From contig DAOTZZ010000053.1 in the NCBI GenBank assembly GCA_034433965.1, forward strand, positions 1-49,299: DNA of 49,299 nucleotides. Direction: 5' to 3'. Below, piece by piece: positions 1 through 8,554 of the stretch (positions are counted from its first letter, which is position 1; every line of letters begins with the position of its first letter). The translations under genes were made by a program, and so were the position numbers. The notes below the pieces were generated by a model. It was not told the origin of the DNA. It searched no databases and saw nothing but the letters and a program-made list of their open reading frames with translations. The DNA comes from Anaerolineae bacterium (GTDB lineage Bacteria > Chloroflexota > Anaerolineae > Aggregatilineales > Aggregatilineaceae).

Positions 1-83
1 GATGAAAATGTTCCAGAATCCAGTTCGCACTTGCTTGCTGATCGAGTAGGGGGGTAATTGGGAACTCTATCATGCATTAGAGT

Positions 84-782
84 TTATCCGATCTCGTTCA
101 CTCTTTCTACAGATGAGCCAACCGGTTTGTTCAAGGTGTTGAAACTGACCTCGTCAAATTGCAACAAAGCCTGTCCTGCGGGACTTTCCAGCAGCTCCGC
201 CAGCTCCCCATCCATCACTTGCGGGATGATGTCGGCCAGCACCAGGGACACCGTCTGATAGCAGCGCTGACGCATGAAGTTGAAGACCGGCGCGTGCAGT
301 TCTTCGGGTTGATACGGCTCGCGCACCAGGTCGGTGGGAAGGATGTCCAGGCAATAGATCGCCGGATTGCCATCGGCCAGGAAGAGCTTGCGCACGAACA
401 GGGCGTCCGAGTCGGGGGGGCGTTCGAGCCGCGCGGCGATGTCGGCGGGCAACGGTTGGCGCTCGACGCTCAGCGGGCGAATTTCGGCATGATAGCCGGC
501 CTGGCGGATCAGGTCGGTGAATTCGTAGGCACTCTCGATGCTGGCCTGAATGTTGAGGGCGTACTGGTTGACGTAGGTGCCAGACCCCTGGCGGCGGAAG
601 ATTGCCCCTTCGCGTTCCAGGATGGCCAGGGCGTCGCGGATGGTGCCCCGGCTAACTCCGTATTCCTGCGCGATCTCCAGTTCGGAAGGCAGACGCCCGC
701 CGCTCTGGTACTCGCGCCGGAGACGTTGGCGCAGGGCGCGGGCCACATTCTTGGACAGTAAGGAGTGTCTCCGTAAGGTCAT
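84..782 (-). CDS. GntR/HutC-family transcriptional regulator (winged HTH + UTRA-like effector domain)
   Basis: ORF 84..968(-) trimmed to the ATG at 782 (MTLRRHS...). The HTH stretch LPSELEIAQEYGVSRGTIRDALAILEREGAI is typical of GntR. The C-terminal ~140 aa resembles UTRA. Confidence 0.8.
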   Translation of the reverse strand: MTLRRHSLLSKNVARALRQRLRREYQSGGRLPSELEIAQEYGVSRGTIRDALAILEREGAIFRRQGSGTYVNQYALNIQASIESAYEFTDLIRQAGYHAEIRPLSVERQPLPADIAARLERPPDSDALFVRKLFLADGNPAIYCLDILPTDLVREPYQPEELHAPVFNFMRQRCYQTVSLVLADIIPQVMDGELAELLESPAGQALLQFDEVSFNTLNKPVGSSVERVNEIG

Positions 783-1109
783 CTCTTCCCCCCTGTCAAT
801 AACTCTAAACCCCTGCAATCTCCGTGAAAGGTTTGACAACTTTATCTTAGTGACAAATTGGTTGCAAGATAAGTGAGGATCATCACACCTGGGCCGGAAA
901 AAAGCAGCCGACGGTGACAGTCGGCAGCCCAGATGGGTGCGTTCGGGTTTGGGGGCAGAATACTCCACAGAGCGCGCAGAGATCGGAAAGACACAGAGTT
1001 TCTGGGCTTGTCTTCCCCTCTGGCGCGCTCAGCGGTTCGAAAAATCACCACCCCGAAACGCGAATGTGCTCGCCCAGGATAAGCGCAGAGGAGCGGTGGG
1101 GAGCGCCCG

Positions 1110-1895
1110 TCAGGCAGGAGGCGCGCTGACCTCCGGATCGTCGTAGGTATAGTAGTGCCCGCCCTCGCCGGAGCCGCGCCCATAGTAGCCCCATTGTGGG
1201 AAGTTGAAGTCCGCTGTGACCGAGCGCGGCAGGAGCAGCACCGCCTGTAAGAACGTCTCCAGGTCGATCACGCCGTACAGGTTGACTTCGAACCCCCAGC
1301 GTTGCAGCAGGTCATAGAAGGCGGGGCGGTACTCGCTCAGGAAGTTGAGCGAGAAGCGGTTCATGCCCCAGGAGCGCAGCGTATCGAGAATGGCTTTGAG
1401 GTGATCGGGCAGGTTGAGGGCCAGCGCGCCCAGGAAATCTACTGGCGCTTGCAGGATCGCCCCTGGATACGCTTCTGCCAGCCGCCGGAACCCGCTCGCA
1501 GACAGGCGATGCAGATAGGCATTGAACCAGAGCTGATCGTCCCCAAAGCCATAGTGGGACACCAGGGCCAGCGTGCGCTCGATCAATTCGTCTCCGCCTT
1601 TGAGATCGAGCTTGGCGGCTTTGCCATGTTCGCGCATACGCGCCAGCAGACTGTCGAGGGTCAGCAGTGCTTCGGTTTCGGTAGTGGTGATTGCGTCGTG
1701 ATGCAGCACCAGCCGGTCGCGGTGCGGGTCCCAGTGAATGTCGCACTCGCCCCAGGTGATGTCCGAGGCCAGGAAGCGCTGCACATTCAGTTCGTCGTTC
1801 AGGCCGTGCCAGACCAACTGCACCTGCGGCGGCAGATCGCGGCGGGTCATCGTGTCGGACAGGCGCGGGGATGGGGTAACGGCGAAATCCGTCAT
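1110..1895 (-). CDS. hypothetical protein, possibly PLC-like/GDPD-like phosphodiesterase fold (DUF2181/FAM151-like); function tentative
   Basis: ORF 1110..2591(-) trimmed to the ATG at 1895 (MTDFAVTP...). The upstream 230 codons are Arg/Pro/Gly-rich and overlap the 2027..2557 gene in another frame. The pattern WHGLND..ECDIHWD..LHHD loosely recalls the menorin/GDPD-like family. Confidence 0.45.
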   Translation of the reverse strand: MTDFAVTPSPRLSDTMTRRDLPPQVQLVWHGLNDELNVQRFLASDITWGECDIHWDPHRDRLVLHHDAITTTETEALLTLDSLLARMREHGKAAKLDLKGGDELIERTLALVSHYGFGDDQLWFNAYLHRLSASGFRRLAEAYPGAILQAPVDFLGALALNLPDHLKAILDTLRSWGMNRFSLNFLSEYRPAFYDLLQRWGFEVNLYGVIDLETFLQAVLLLPRSVTADFNFPQWGYYGRGSGEGGHYYTYDDPEVSAPPA

Positions 1896-2026
1896 GGGTC
1901 TTGTTCTCCGGTGCGGTAGATCGGCAGCGTGTCGGCTGTCTGCGAGCGATGCTATCCCGGCTGGCGATTTGCCCGCCAGCCGCACCCTCCAAGCATAGCG
2001 CAAGGCGCTGACCTGACAACCTGCCC

Positions 2027-2557
2027 TCACCGCGCCGGGCGCGCGGCTCGCAGCCAGCCACGTTGTACGGCGCGCGCCTCCTCCACGGTGACGAAGGCAT
2101 TGGGGTTTTCCTGGCGGACAAAGTGCAGCAGGTCGCTCACGTCCTGTCGCTTGACCACACTGCGCAGCATGGTGACTACGCCGCTGGCCCCTTCGCCGAT
2201 TGTCTCGGTGACGCCGAAACCGCGTTCGCGCAGGTGCTCGGCGATCTCGCGGGCGCGGCCCGGCACGATCACGTTGACGGTCATGAAAGCGGTCACGAAG
2301 CGGGCTTCGATGACCTGGCCCAGGTAGCCGCCGATGGCATAACCGCCACAGTAGGCGGCCAGGTTCAGCAGATTGCTCAGGTCGGCCAGCACCGGGCCGA
2401 GCGACACGGCGAAGATCAGCGATTCCAGCACAGCCAGCACGGTCGCCAGGACGCGCTGATCGCGGTTGAGCACTACCAGGCGCACCGTGCTGACTGCATT
2501 GTTGATCAAGCGCAAGACGAAAATGCCCAGAGCCAGGGCAAGAGTTTCCAGGGGCAT
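2027..2557 (-). CDS. UPF0316/DUF2179-family membrane protein
   Basis: MPLETLALALGIFVLRLINNAVSTVRLVV... has hydrophobic N-terminal helices followed by a soluble C-terminal domain. It is collinear with Bacillus YebE-like UPF0316 proteins as I remember them. Start taken at ATG 2557. Confidence 0.7.
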   Translation of the reverse strand: MPLETLALALGIFVLRLINNAVSTVRLVVLNRDQRVLATVLAVLESLIFAVSLGPVLADLSNLLNLAAYCGGYAIGGYLGQVIEARFVTAFMTVNVIVPGRAREIAEHLRERGFGVTETIGEGASGVVTMLRSVVKRQDVSDLLHFVRQENPNAFVTVEEARAVQRGWLRAARPAR

Positions 2558-2632
2558 GAGTACCTCCACCCATAACAAACCGGCGTCCCACGAGCGGACG
2601 CCGGCGCGAATAAGGCGAACCGACACCAGAGT

Positions 2633-2989
2633 TCAGGTGAGAGCCACCAGCGCCTGCAACAGGCCGTCAGCGGGTTCGCTCTTGCTGACGAAGGCATCGG
2701 CACCGGTGTTGAGCGCCTGCTGGCGCATTTCCGGTTGTACGCTCAGCGCCACAATGCTTACGTGTGGCAGCAGCGCGCGAATGGCAGCGATGGTCGTCTG
2801 ATGCGCGGCGGCCAGGTCCCAGTCTACCAGTACCAGATCGGGTTGTAAACGGGCAATCGCGTCGGGCAGGCTGTCGAGCGAGTCCAGCAGCCCCACCACT
2901 TCAAGCGGTGCCTGATGTTGCCGTTGCAACAGGACGCGCAGAGCCTGACGCACATCCGGATGAGGTTCGATGACCAGAATGCGAGACAT
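2633..2989 (-). CDS. single-domain response regulator (receiver only)
   Basis: MSRILVIEPHPD...DLVLVDWDL...IVALS...FVSKS carries the phospho-acceptor Asp, Ser/Thr and Lys positions. The acidic pocket reads E-P instead of D-D. Start at ATG 2989. Confidence 0.75.
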   Translation of the reverse strand: MSRILVIEPHPDVRQALRVLLQRQHQAPLEVVGLLDSLDSLPDAIARLQPDLVLVDWDLAAAHQTTIAAIRALLPHVSIVALSVQPEMRQQALNTGADAFVSKSEPADGLLQALVALT

Positions 2990-3035
2990 GGATGTGATCC
3001 CGGCAGCGCAGGGAATACCCACGCTGCATGGCACA

Positions 3036-3070
3036 CCCTCTCCCCGCTGCCCGAAGGGTCGGGGAGAGGG
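3036..3070. repeat. GC-rich hairpin (CCCTCTCCCC ... GGGGAGAGGG) downstream of the ATP-grasp gene; short member of the CCCTC-type repeat family
   Basis: Perfect 10-bp inverted arms at 3036-3045 and 3061-3070, with an inner CCC-GAA-GGG stem. It lies 13 nt past the stop of 3083..4201(-). No U-tract follows. Confidence 0.6.
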
Positions 3071-3082
3071 CGCGCACTTACG

Positions 3083-4201
3083 TCAGCGGACCGAACGCGC
3101 CGTCACGCCCTCGATGAGTCCATGACGTACGGCGGCCAGTTCGGCGATGGTGTTGATCAGGCGCTCGTAGCTCCACCCCGCCGCGCGCGCCTGCAGCCAC
3201 AGGTCGCTCAGGTCGGGGTTGAGGCCGGGCAGGGGGTTGATTTCCAGGATATAGGGCTGATTGCCGTCCTCCACGTCCACGCGGAAGTCCACGCGCGACA
3301 CGTCTTTGCAGTCCAGGGCGCGGAAGACGTTGCCCGCCAGCACCTTCAGGCGATGTTCCAGTTCCGGCTCGATGGGAGCCGGGCACAGGTAAATGTCCAT
3401 CGTCTCGGCCCACTCGGTCTTGATGCGGTTGGTGTACAGCCGATCTTCCGAATGGGCGAAGTGATCGAGATCGATCTCCATCGGCGGCAGGAAAGTCAGA
3501 CCGCTGGGCAGTTCGTCGGAGGCCATGCCTTCGCCCACCTGGTAATCGCGCTGCGGGTCGAGGTTGCCCACCATGCCGACGGTGATCTCGCGGCCCTGGA
3601 TGTAGCGCTCGACCAGGATCGGCTGGCGATAGAGCGCGATCTGCCGGGCGACCTGCGTCCGCAGTTCGTCTACTGTGCGCACGATCGAGTCGGCGCTGAT
3701 GCCCATGCTGGTTCCCTCGCGGCTGGGCTTGACGAACATGGGGAAACGCAGCTCACCGCGTTCGTCCAGCAGATCGGGGGCCAGGGGAGCATCGGCCCGT
3801 TCCATCACCTGGAAGGCGGGCGTGGGCAGGCCGTAGTATTTGAGCAGGCGCTTGGTCATGGGCTTGTCTAGCGCCAGCGCCAGCGTCAACAACTTGCTGC
3901 CGGTATAGGGGATGCGCAGCATTTCCAGCAGCGCCGGTACCTGCGACTCGCGGCTATCGCCGAAATGGCTTTCGGCAATGTTGAAGCACAGGTCGGGCTG
4001 GAAACGCTGCAACGCCTCGATCAGGTTATAGGGCGGGTGAATGCTCGCTTCGATGAACTCCGCCTCGTGCCCGCCGCTGCGCAAAGCCGCAACGATAGCT
4101 TCGACGGTGCGCGGGCTATCGAGATCGTCCCACTGATCGGCGGGCATCCCTTCCCAGCGGGGCGCGTTTTTCTTCAGATTGGCCAGAACAGCGATCCGCA
4201 T
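3083..4201 (-). CDS. ATP-grasp ligase, D-alanine--D-alanine ligase-like family
   Basis: ORF 3083..4312(-) trimmed to ATG 4201 (MRIAVLANLKKN...). Layout is Ddl-like: an N-terminal pre-ATP-grasp domain, then KPMTKRLL..GLPTP..FPMFVKPSREGTSMGIS..ERYIQGREITVG. Its start lies 4 nt after the kamA stop. Confidence 0.8.
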   Translation of the reverse strand: MRIAVLANLKKNAPRWEGMPADQWDDLDSPRTVEAIVAALRSGGHEAEFIEASIHPPYNLIEALQRFQPDLCFNIAESHFGDSRESQVPALLEMLRIPYTGSKLLTLALALDKPMTKRLLKYYGLPTPAFQVMERADAPLAPDLLDERGELRFPMFVKPSREGTSMGISADSIVRTVDELRTQVARQIALYRQPILVERYIQGREITVGMVGNLDPQRDYQVGEGMASDELPSGLTFLPPMEIDLDHFAHSEDRLYTNRIKTEWAETMDIYLCPAPIEPELEHRLKVLAGNVFRALDCKDVSRVDFRVDVEDGNQPYILEINPLPGLNPDLSDLWLQARAAGWSYERLINTIAELAAVRHGLIEGVTARSVR

Positions 4202-4205
4202 CGGA

Positions 4206-5726
4206 CTAGGCTTCTCCCTGAGGGTGTGTATGACCGTTGCGACGGCGGATGGTGCGGCGCTTGCCATTGCCATTGCCGTTGCCGTTGCTCTGCGACTCCG
4301 TGCCCAGAGCATCGCCCATGTGGAAGCGCCGCCATTTCTGCTCGTCCGCGTTCAGGCGGTGCTGAATGCCATCGCGCCGGTGAATCTCGTCGAAGCCTTC
4401 GGGCTTGATGGCGCTGATGCGCCCATCGAGCAGACCGGCCACGCCCGCCTGTCCCGGTTCCGGATGGTGCGCCGCCTGACGATCCAGGTGATCAATGGCG
4501 TGCGGGTCGTAGTCGAGCGGCTCGTCGTAGACGGTGATGTAGCCCTCGTAGTTGCGCAGCACGACCTTGCCCGGAGCCTGGCTGATCAGGTAGTTAGGCA
4601 TGACGGGGATTTTGCCGCCGCCGCCGGGCGCGTCAATCACATAGGTGGGCACGGCGTAGCCGCTGGTGTGCCCGCGCAGCCCTTCGATGATCTCGATACC
4701 CTTGGCGACCGTGGTGCGGAAGTGTCCCGCGCCCTTGACCAGGTCGCACTGATAGAGGTAGTAGGGGCGCACGCGGTTGCGCACCAGCTTGTGCACCAGC
4801 TCGCGCTGAATATTGACGCTGTCGTTGATGCCCGCCAGCAAGACGCTCTGGTTGCCCAGGGGGATGCCCGCGCGGGACAGTTTGTCCAGCGCCCGGCTGA
4901 GTTCGGGCGTGATCTCCTTGGGATGGTTGACGTGAATGTTCATCCACAAGGGGTGATAGCGCCCCAGCATCTCGGCGAAGTCGTCGGTGATGCGCTGCGG
5001 CAGGAAGACAGGCACGCGGCTGCCAATGCGGATCACCTCGATATGATCAATGGCGCGCAGGCTGGAGAGGATGTATTCCAGCACCTTGGGCGACAGGGTG
5101 AGCGGATCGCCGCCGCTGATCAGCACGTCGCGCACCTGCGGCGTGCGGCGCAGATAGTCGAGTTGCAGTTCGAACTCGGCGCGGCTGAAGTTCGCGCCGG
5201 GGTTGCCGACGATGCGGCTGCGCGTGCAGTAACGGCAGTAGCTGGCGCACTGCGTGGTGACCAGCATCAGCACGCGGTCGGGGTAACGGTGTACCAGGCC
5301 GGGCACCGGGCTGTGCCGGTCTTCGGCCAGGCTGTCTTCCATCATCCCCTCGAAAGCGGCCAGTTCACGCCCCAGCGGGATCACCTGGCGACGGATCGGG
5401 CAGTGCGGATCGTCGGGATCGATCAGGCTGGCGAAGTAGGGCGTGATATCTACCCGAAAGCGATTTTCGGCGGTCAGCCCTTCGATTTCTTCGGGGGTGA
5501 GGTGAATCAGTTGGGCCAGGTCTTCGACGCTGTTCAGGCGGTGCGCCAGTTGCCAGCGCCAGTCGCTCCACTGTTCGTCGGGGACATCGGCCCACAGCGC
5601 CGGTCGCGGGGTGACGGCCAGGACCGGCGCGTTAGCGGGGGGTTCTTCAGCAACGCGCTCCGTATCCGGGCCAGGAGGCTCCTCAAGCTCAGCGGTTTGG
5701 GCATTGTCCAGAGGTTTGATTTCCAT
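4206..5726 (-). CDS. kamA: lysine 2,3-aminomutase (radical SAM, PLP-dependent, KamA/AblA family)
   Basis: Radical-SAM triad CASYCRYC. PLP-Lys context DAPGGGGKIPVMPNY. Long collinear similarity to clostridial KamA as remembered (YYLYQCDL..GHFRT..KGIEIIEGLRGHTSGYAVPTYV). Confidence 0.9.
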   Translation of the reverse strand: MEIKPLDNAQTAELEEPPGPDTERVAEEPPANAPVLAVTPRPALWADVPDEQWSDWRWQLAHRLNSVEDLAQLIHLTPEEIEGLTAENRFRVDITPYFASLIDPDDPHCPIRRQVIPLGRELAAFEGMMEDSLAEDRHSPVPGLVHRYPDRVLMLVTTQCASYCRYCTRSRIVGNPGANFSRAEFELQLDYLRRTPQVRDVLISGGDPLTLSPKVLEYILSSLRAIDHIEVIRIGSRVPVFLPQRITDDFAEMLGRYHPLWMNIHVNHPKEITPELSRALDKLSRAGIPLGNQSVLLAGINDSVNIQRELVHKLVRNRVRPYYLYQCDLVKGAGHFRTTVAKGIEIIEGLRGHTSGYAVPTYVIDAPGGGGKIPVMPNYLISQAPGKVVLRNYEGYITVYDEPLDYDPHAIDHLDRQAAHHPEPGQAGVAGLLDGRISAIKPEGFDEIHRRDGIQHRLNADEQKWRRFHMGDALGTESQSNGNGNGNGKRRTIRRRNGHTHPQGEA

Positions 5727-5962
5727 GGCGCGTTTGTCTTATCCTCCCGTATGCCAGGTTCACGTTACGTACAGAGGCTTCGGGAGTCGCAGCGATCCCC
5801 CGAAGCCTGACCAGTGTGATCATAGGGGAACAACGAGCCGGGCGGTATTGTCCACTCGCCCGATTTGTCCCTGGCCAGATGGCCGATATAGGAAAAAACA
5901 CCGCAGAGCGCAGAGTCTTCTTTTCCTCTGCATTCTCTGCACCTCGGCGGTTCAACTCAGTC

Positions 5963-6607
5963 TCAGGGCGAGACGAGCTTGTGTTCGACAGCCAGCGCCA
6001 CCGCCTCGGTGCGGCTGCTGACGCCGAGCTTGGCCAGGATGTTGCTCACGTGCACCTTCACCGTCGAGCGGCTGATGACCAGCCGGTCGGCGATCTCCAC
6101 GTTGTTCAGCCCCTTGACCATCAGCGCCAGCACTTCGCGTTCGCGCTCGGTCAGATCGTGACCCAGGCGCGTCGGCTGAGCGTGCGTGCGGATCAGCGCC
6201 TGCAGGGCTTCCGGGGCCATCGTCGGCTGACCGGCGGCAGCGGCGCGGATGGCGCGGATCAATTCGTCGGATGACACGTTCTTGTACAGGAAGCCCAGCG
6301 CGCCCGCCTGAATCGCTTCCTGTACCAGTTCCTGTTCCTTGAAGCTGGTCAGCGCGATGATCTGCGCCTGCGGGCACAGGCTGCGGATGGCGCGGATGGC
6401 CGCTGGCCCATTCATGCCCGGCATGACCATATCCATCAGCACCACATCCGGGCAGGTTTGCTCGCACAGGCGCACCGCTTCCTCACCGCTGTCCGCTTCT
6501 CCCACATTCTCCAGGTCTTTGTGCACCAGCAGAAAGGCGGCCAGGCCGGTGCGCACCATCTCGTGATCGTCCACGATCAGCACGCGAATCTTGCGCGCTT
6601 CGCTCAT
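5963..6607 (-). CDS. NarL/FixJ-family response regulator (REC + LuxR-type HTH)
   Basis: VLIVDDHEMVR, DVVLMDMVMPGMNG, IIALTS. C-terminal HTH: LTEREREVLALMVKGLNNVEIADRLVISRSTVKVHVSNILAKLG. Its ATG at 6607 overlaps the kinase stop (ATGA). Confidence 0.9.
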   Translation of the reverse strand: MSEARKIRVLIVDDHEMVRTGLAAFLLVHKDLENVGEADSGEEAVRLCEQTCPDVVLMDMVMPGMNGPAAIRAIRSLCPQAQIIALTSFKEQELVQEAIQAGALGFLYKNVSSDELIRAIRAAAAGQPTMAPEALQALIRTHAQPTRLGHDLTEREREVLALMVKGLNNVEIADRLVISRSTVKVHVSNILAKLGVSSRTEAVALAVEHKLVSP

Positions 6608-8148
6608 ATCTCCTCCTGAGTGGGGCTGTGCCACTGCACCGCCACTGACGTGCCCTCGCCGATGCGCGTGTTGAGCGTCAGCGCTGCGCCGATGCTCGCC
6701 GCCCGCTCGCGCATGATGCGCAGCCCAAAGTGATCGGCAGGCACGTTCTGCGGGTCGAAGCCCTGCCCGTCGTCTTCGATGGTCAGGGACACCTGCGCGG
6801 GCGTAGTCACCAGCGCCACGCGCAGGGTGTGAGCACGAGCGTGTTTGACCACATTGCGCAGCGCTTCTTGCGCGATGCGATAGAGCGCCAACTGTATCTC
6901 GGCGGGGTAGACATGCTGTCCCCCGTTGGCGGTGAATTCCACATCCAGCCGCGTGCGCCCGGTGATGGCCTCGACCAGTTGACGCACCAGGTCGCGCAGG
7001 GGGGTCTCGACCAGGGCGGCGGGGCGCAGTTCGAGTAGCAACGTGCGCATCTCGGCCAGCGCACCGCGCGTCAGGCGGCGCAGGTCGGCTACACGCTGCA
7101 TGAACTCGTCCGGGTCTTCTTGCCAGAGTTGCGGCAGCACCTCGGCGATCAGGTTGGCGGAGAACAGAGTCTGCGTGACCGCGTCGTGCAATTCGCGGGC
7201 CAGGCGTTGGCGTTCAGCCATTGTCGCGGCCTGCTCGGCCTGCATACGCAGGCGAGCGTTGGCGATGGCCAGCGCCACCTGATCGCCGAAGGCCACGGCC
7301 AGTTCGATATCTTCCGGCGTCAGGTCGCGCGGCTCGGCGTAGTAGAGCACCAGACTGCCGTAGACCTCATCGCGCATCCACAGCGGCACGGCCAGCACCG
7401 CGCGGTAATGTTCCATGAGCTGCATCAGCAACATTTCGCGGCGCGGATCGCCCAGGCGCTGATAGTCCGGCAGCGCGGCGCGCATATCGGGCATGTAGAC
7501 GGGGCGATGTTCGGACACCGCCCTGCCGATGGCGCCCACGCCCGGCGGCATCTTCATACCGGATACATAGTCGGGGGGTAGCTCGCGCGCCGCTTCCAGT
7601 TCGAGTATTTGCTGATCGTCCTCGTCGCGCAGCCGGAAGATAGCCACGGCACCTGCTTTGAGCAGGCGCTGTGCCTCGACCATGATGTATTCCAGGATTT
7701 CGCCCGCCGGACGCTCGGAGTTGAGTACATCCAGGATGCCGCGCAGCCCCTCGGCGATCAGGCGCTTCTCGTGCTCGTTGCGAATCAGCCGCTCGTATCT
7801 CTGTACCTGCTCGGTGACATCGCGCAGGGTGATTAGCAGATGCGTCTTCCCCGCGTGCACAAACGTCGAGCGGCGCATTTCCACCGAAAGCGTCCCGCCA
7901 TCCTGTCGCCGGAGCGATAGTTCCAGCGCGGGCGCTTCCTGAAGGGCCTGCACCAGGTTCCCGTCCCCGTCAGGCAGCGACAGCAGCGCGTCCAGAGGCT
8001 GCCCGACTATCTCGGCGGGCGACGAGCCGACCAGCCGACCGAGGGCCGGGTTGGCGATCAGCACGCGCCCTTCCTCATTGGCCACCAGGACGCCGTCGGG
8101 TAGCTCGTCGAAGAGATAGTGGTACAGTTCCGCAGTCGCAACCGTCAT
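6604..8148 (-). CDS. PAS/GAF-containing sensor histidine kinase (HisKA_3 / NarX-DegS type)
   Basis: N-terminal PAS-like and GAF-like segments. H-box ARELHDAVTQTLFS, N-box EALRNVVKHARA, G-boxes EDDGQGFD and GLRIMRERA. Confidence 0.9.
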   Translation of the reverse strand: MTVATAELYHYLFDELPDGVLVANEEGRVLIANPALGRLVGSSPAEIVGQPLDALLSLPDGDGNLVQALQEAPALELSLRRQDGGTLSVEMRRSTFVHAGKTHLLITLRDVTEQVQRYERLIRNEHEKRLIAEGLRGILDVLNSERPAGEILEYIMVEAQRLLKAGAVAIFRLRDEDDQQILELEAARELPPDYVSGMKMPPGVGAIGRAVSEHRPVYMPDMRAALPDYQRLGDPRREMLLMQLMEHYRAVLAVPLWMRDEVYGSLVLYYAEPRDLTPEDIELAVAFGDQVALAIANARLRMQAEQAATMAERQRLARELHDAVTQTLFSANLIAEVLPQLWQEDPDEFMQRVADLRRLTRGALAEMRTLLLELRPAALVETPLRDLVRQLVEAITGRTRLDVEFTANGGQHVYPAEIQLALYRIAQEALRNVVKHARAHTLRVALVTTPAQVSLTIEDDGQGFDPQNVPADHFGLRIMRERAASIGAALTLNTRIGEGTSVAVQWHSPTQEEI

Positions 8149-8237
8149 GGGGAAGGCACCTGCGCAGGGTGCGCGGTGATGCAGGCGATACGCCTCTGAT
8201 CATAGCACATTCGCCGGGCAGGGGGATGGGCGCTCAT

Positions 8238-8450
8238 CGCGACGGGTGCGTGCAAATGTGTCAGGCGGTTTGCCGTGATCGGCTGCCCCTCACCCCTCAG
8301 TCCTCTCTCCCTCGCGATCTGCGTCGCGGAGCGAGGGGAAGCGCCTTCCTCGCCCGGACACGCCCCTTTGCCCGCGCGAAAGAAGGGGGCGGGGGATGAG
8401 GGCCATCGGGCGAGGCAAGTCGCTGACAACCTTTGCACGCACTCCATCGC
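8238..8450. repeat. ~210-bp imperfect palindromic GC-rich repeat element (CCCTCACCCC / CTCTCCCTCGCGA core)
   Basis: The left arm GTGCGTGCAAATGTGTCAGGCGGTTTGCC (from 8246) is mirrored by the reverse complement of 8411-8442 (GTGCGTGCAAAGGTTGTCAGCGACTTGCC). The core at 8286-8402 matches the modules of the elements at 40975, 44119 and 49164. Confidence 0.7.
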
Positions 8451-8554
8451 GCACGCGCAGGAGCTCCCATCCCCGGAGCACTGACGCAGCCGGAGATGGG
8501 GACGAGGGCAGCGGGTCACTTGTCGCGCGTGAGGGTGAAGCCGCTCATGAACTG

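Noticed and set aside
1896-2591. N-terminal 230 codons of the 493-aa ORF 1110..2591
   Set aside because: The extension is Arg/Pro/Gly-rich and overlaps the UPF0316 gene in another frame. An internal ATG at 1895 gives a compact domain-sized protein.
4206-5726. Glutamate (or other) 2,3-aminomutase instead of lysine 2,3-aminomutase
   Set aside because: Both Asp residues that I recall as binding the lysine epsilon-amino group appear conserved (QCDL and IDAPGGGGK). This rests on memory of the clostridial structure and should be confirmed by alignment.
4179-5810. 543-aa ORF antisense to kamA
   Set aside because: It lies fully inside and opposite the strongly conserved radical-SAM gene. The composition is Ala/Gly/Arg/Val-rich and no motifs are recognisable.
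5727-5962. Lysine riboswitch (L-box) upstream of kamA
   Set aside because: I see only a generic strong hairpin (AGGCTTCGGG...CCCGAAGCCT) and a repeat-family inverted pair. There is no AGAGGCGC-type L-box start and no multi-helix junction.
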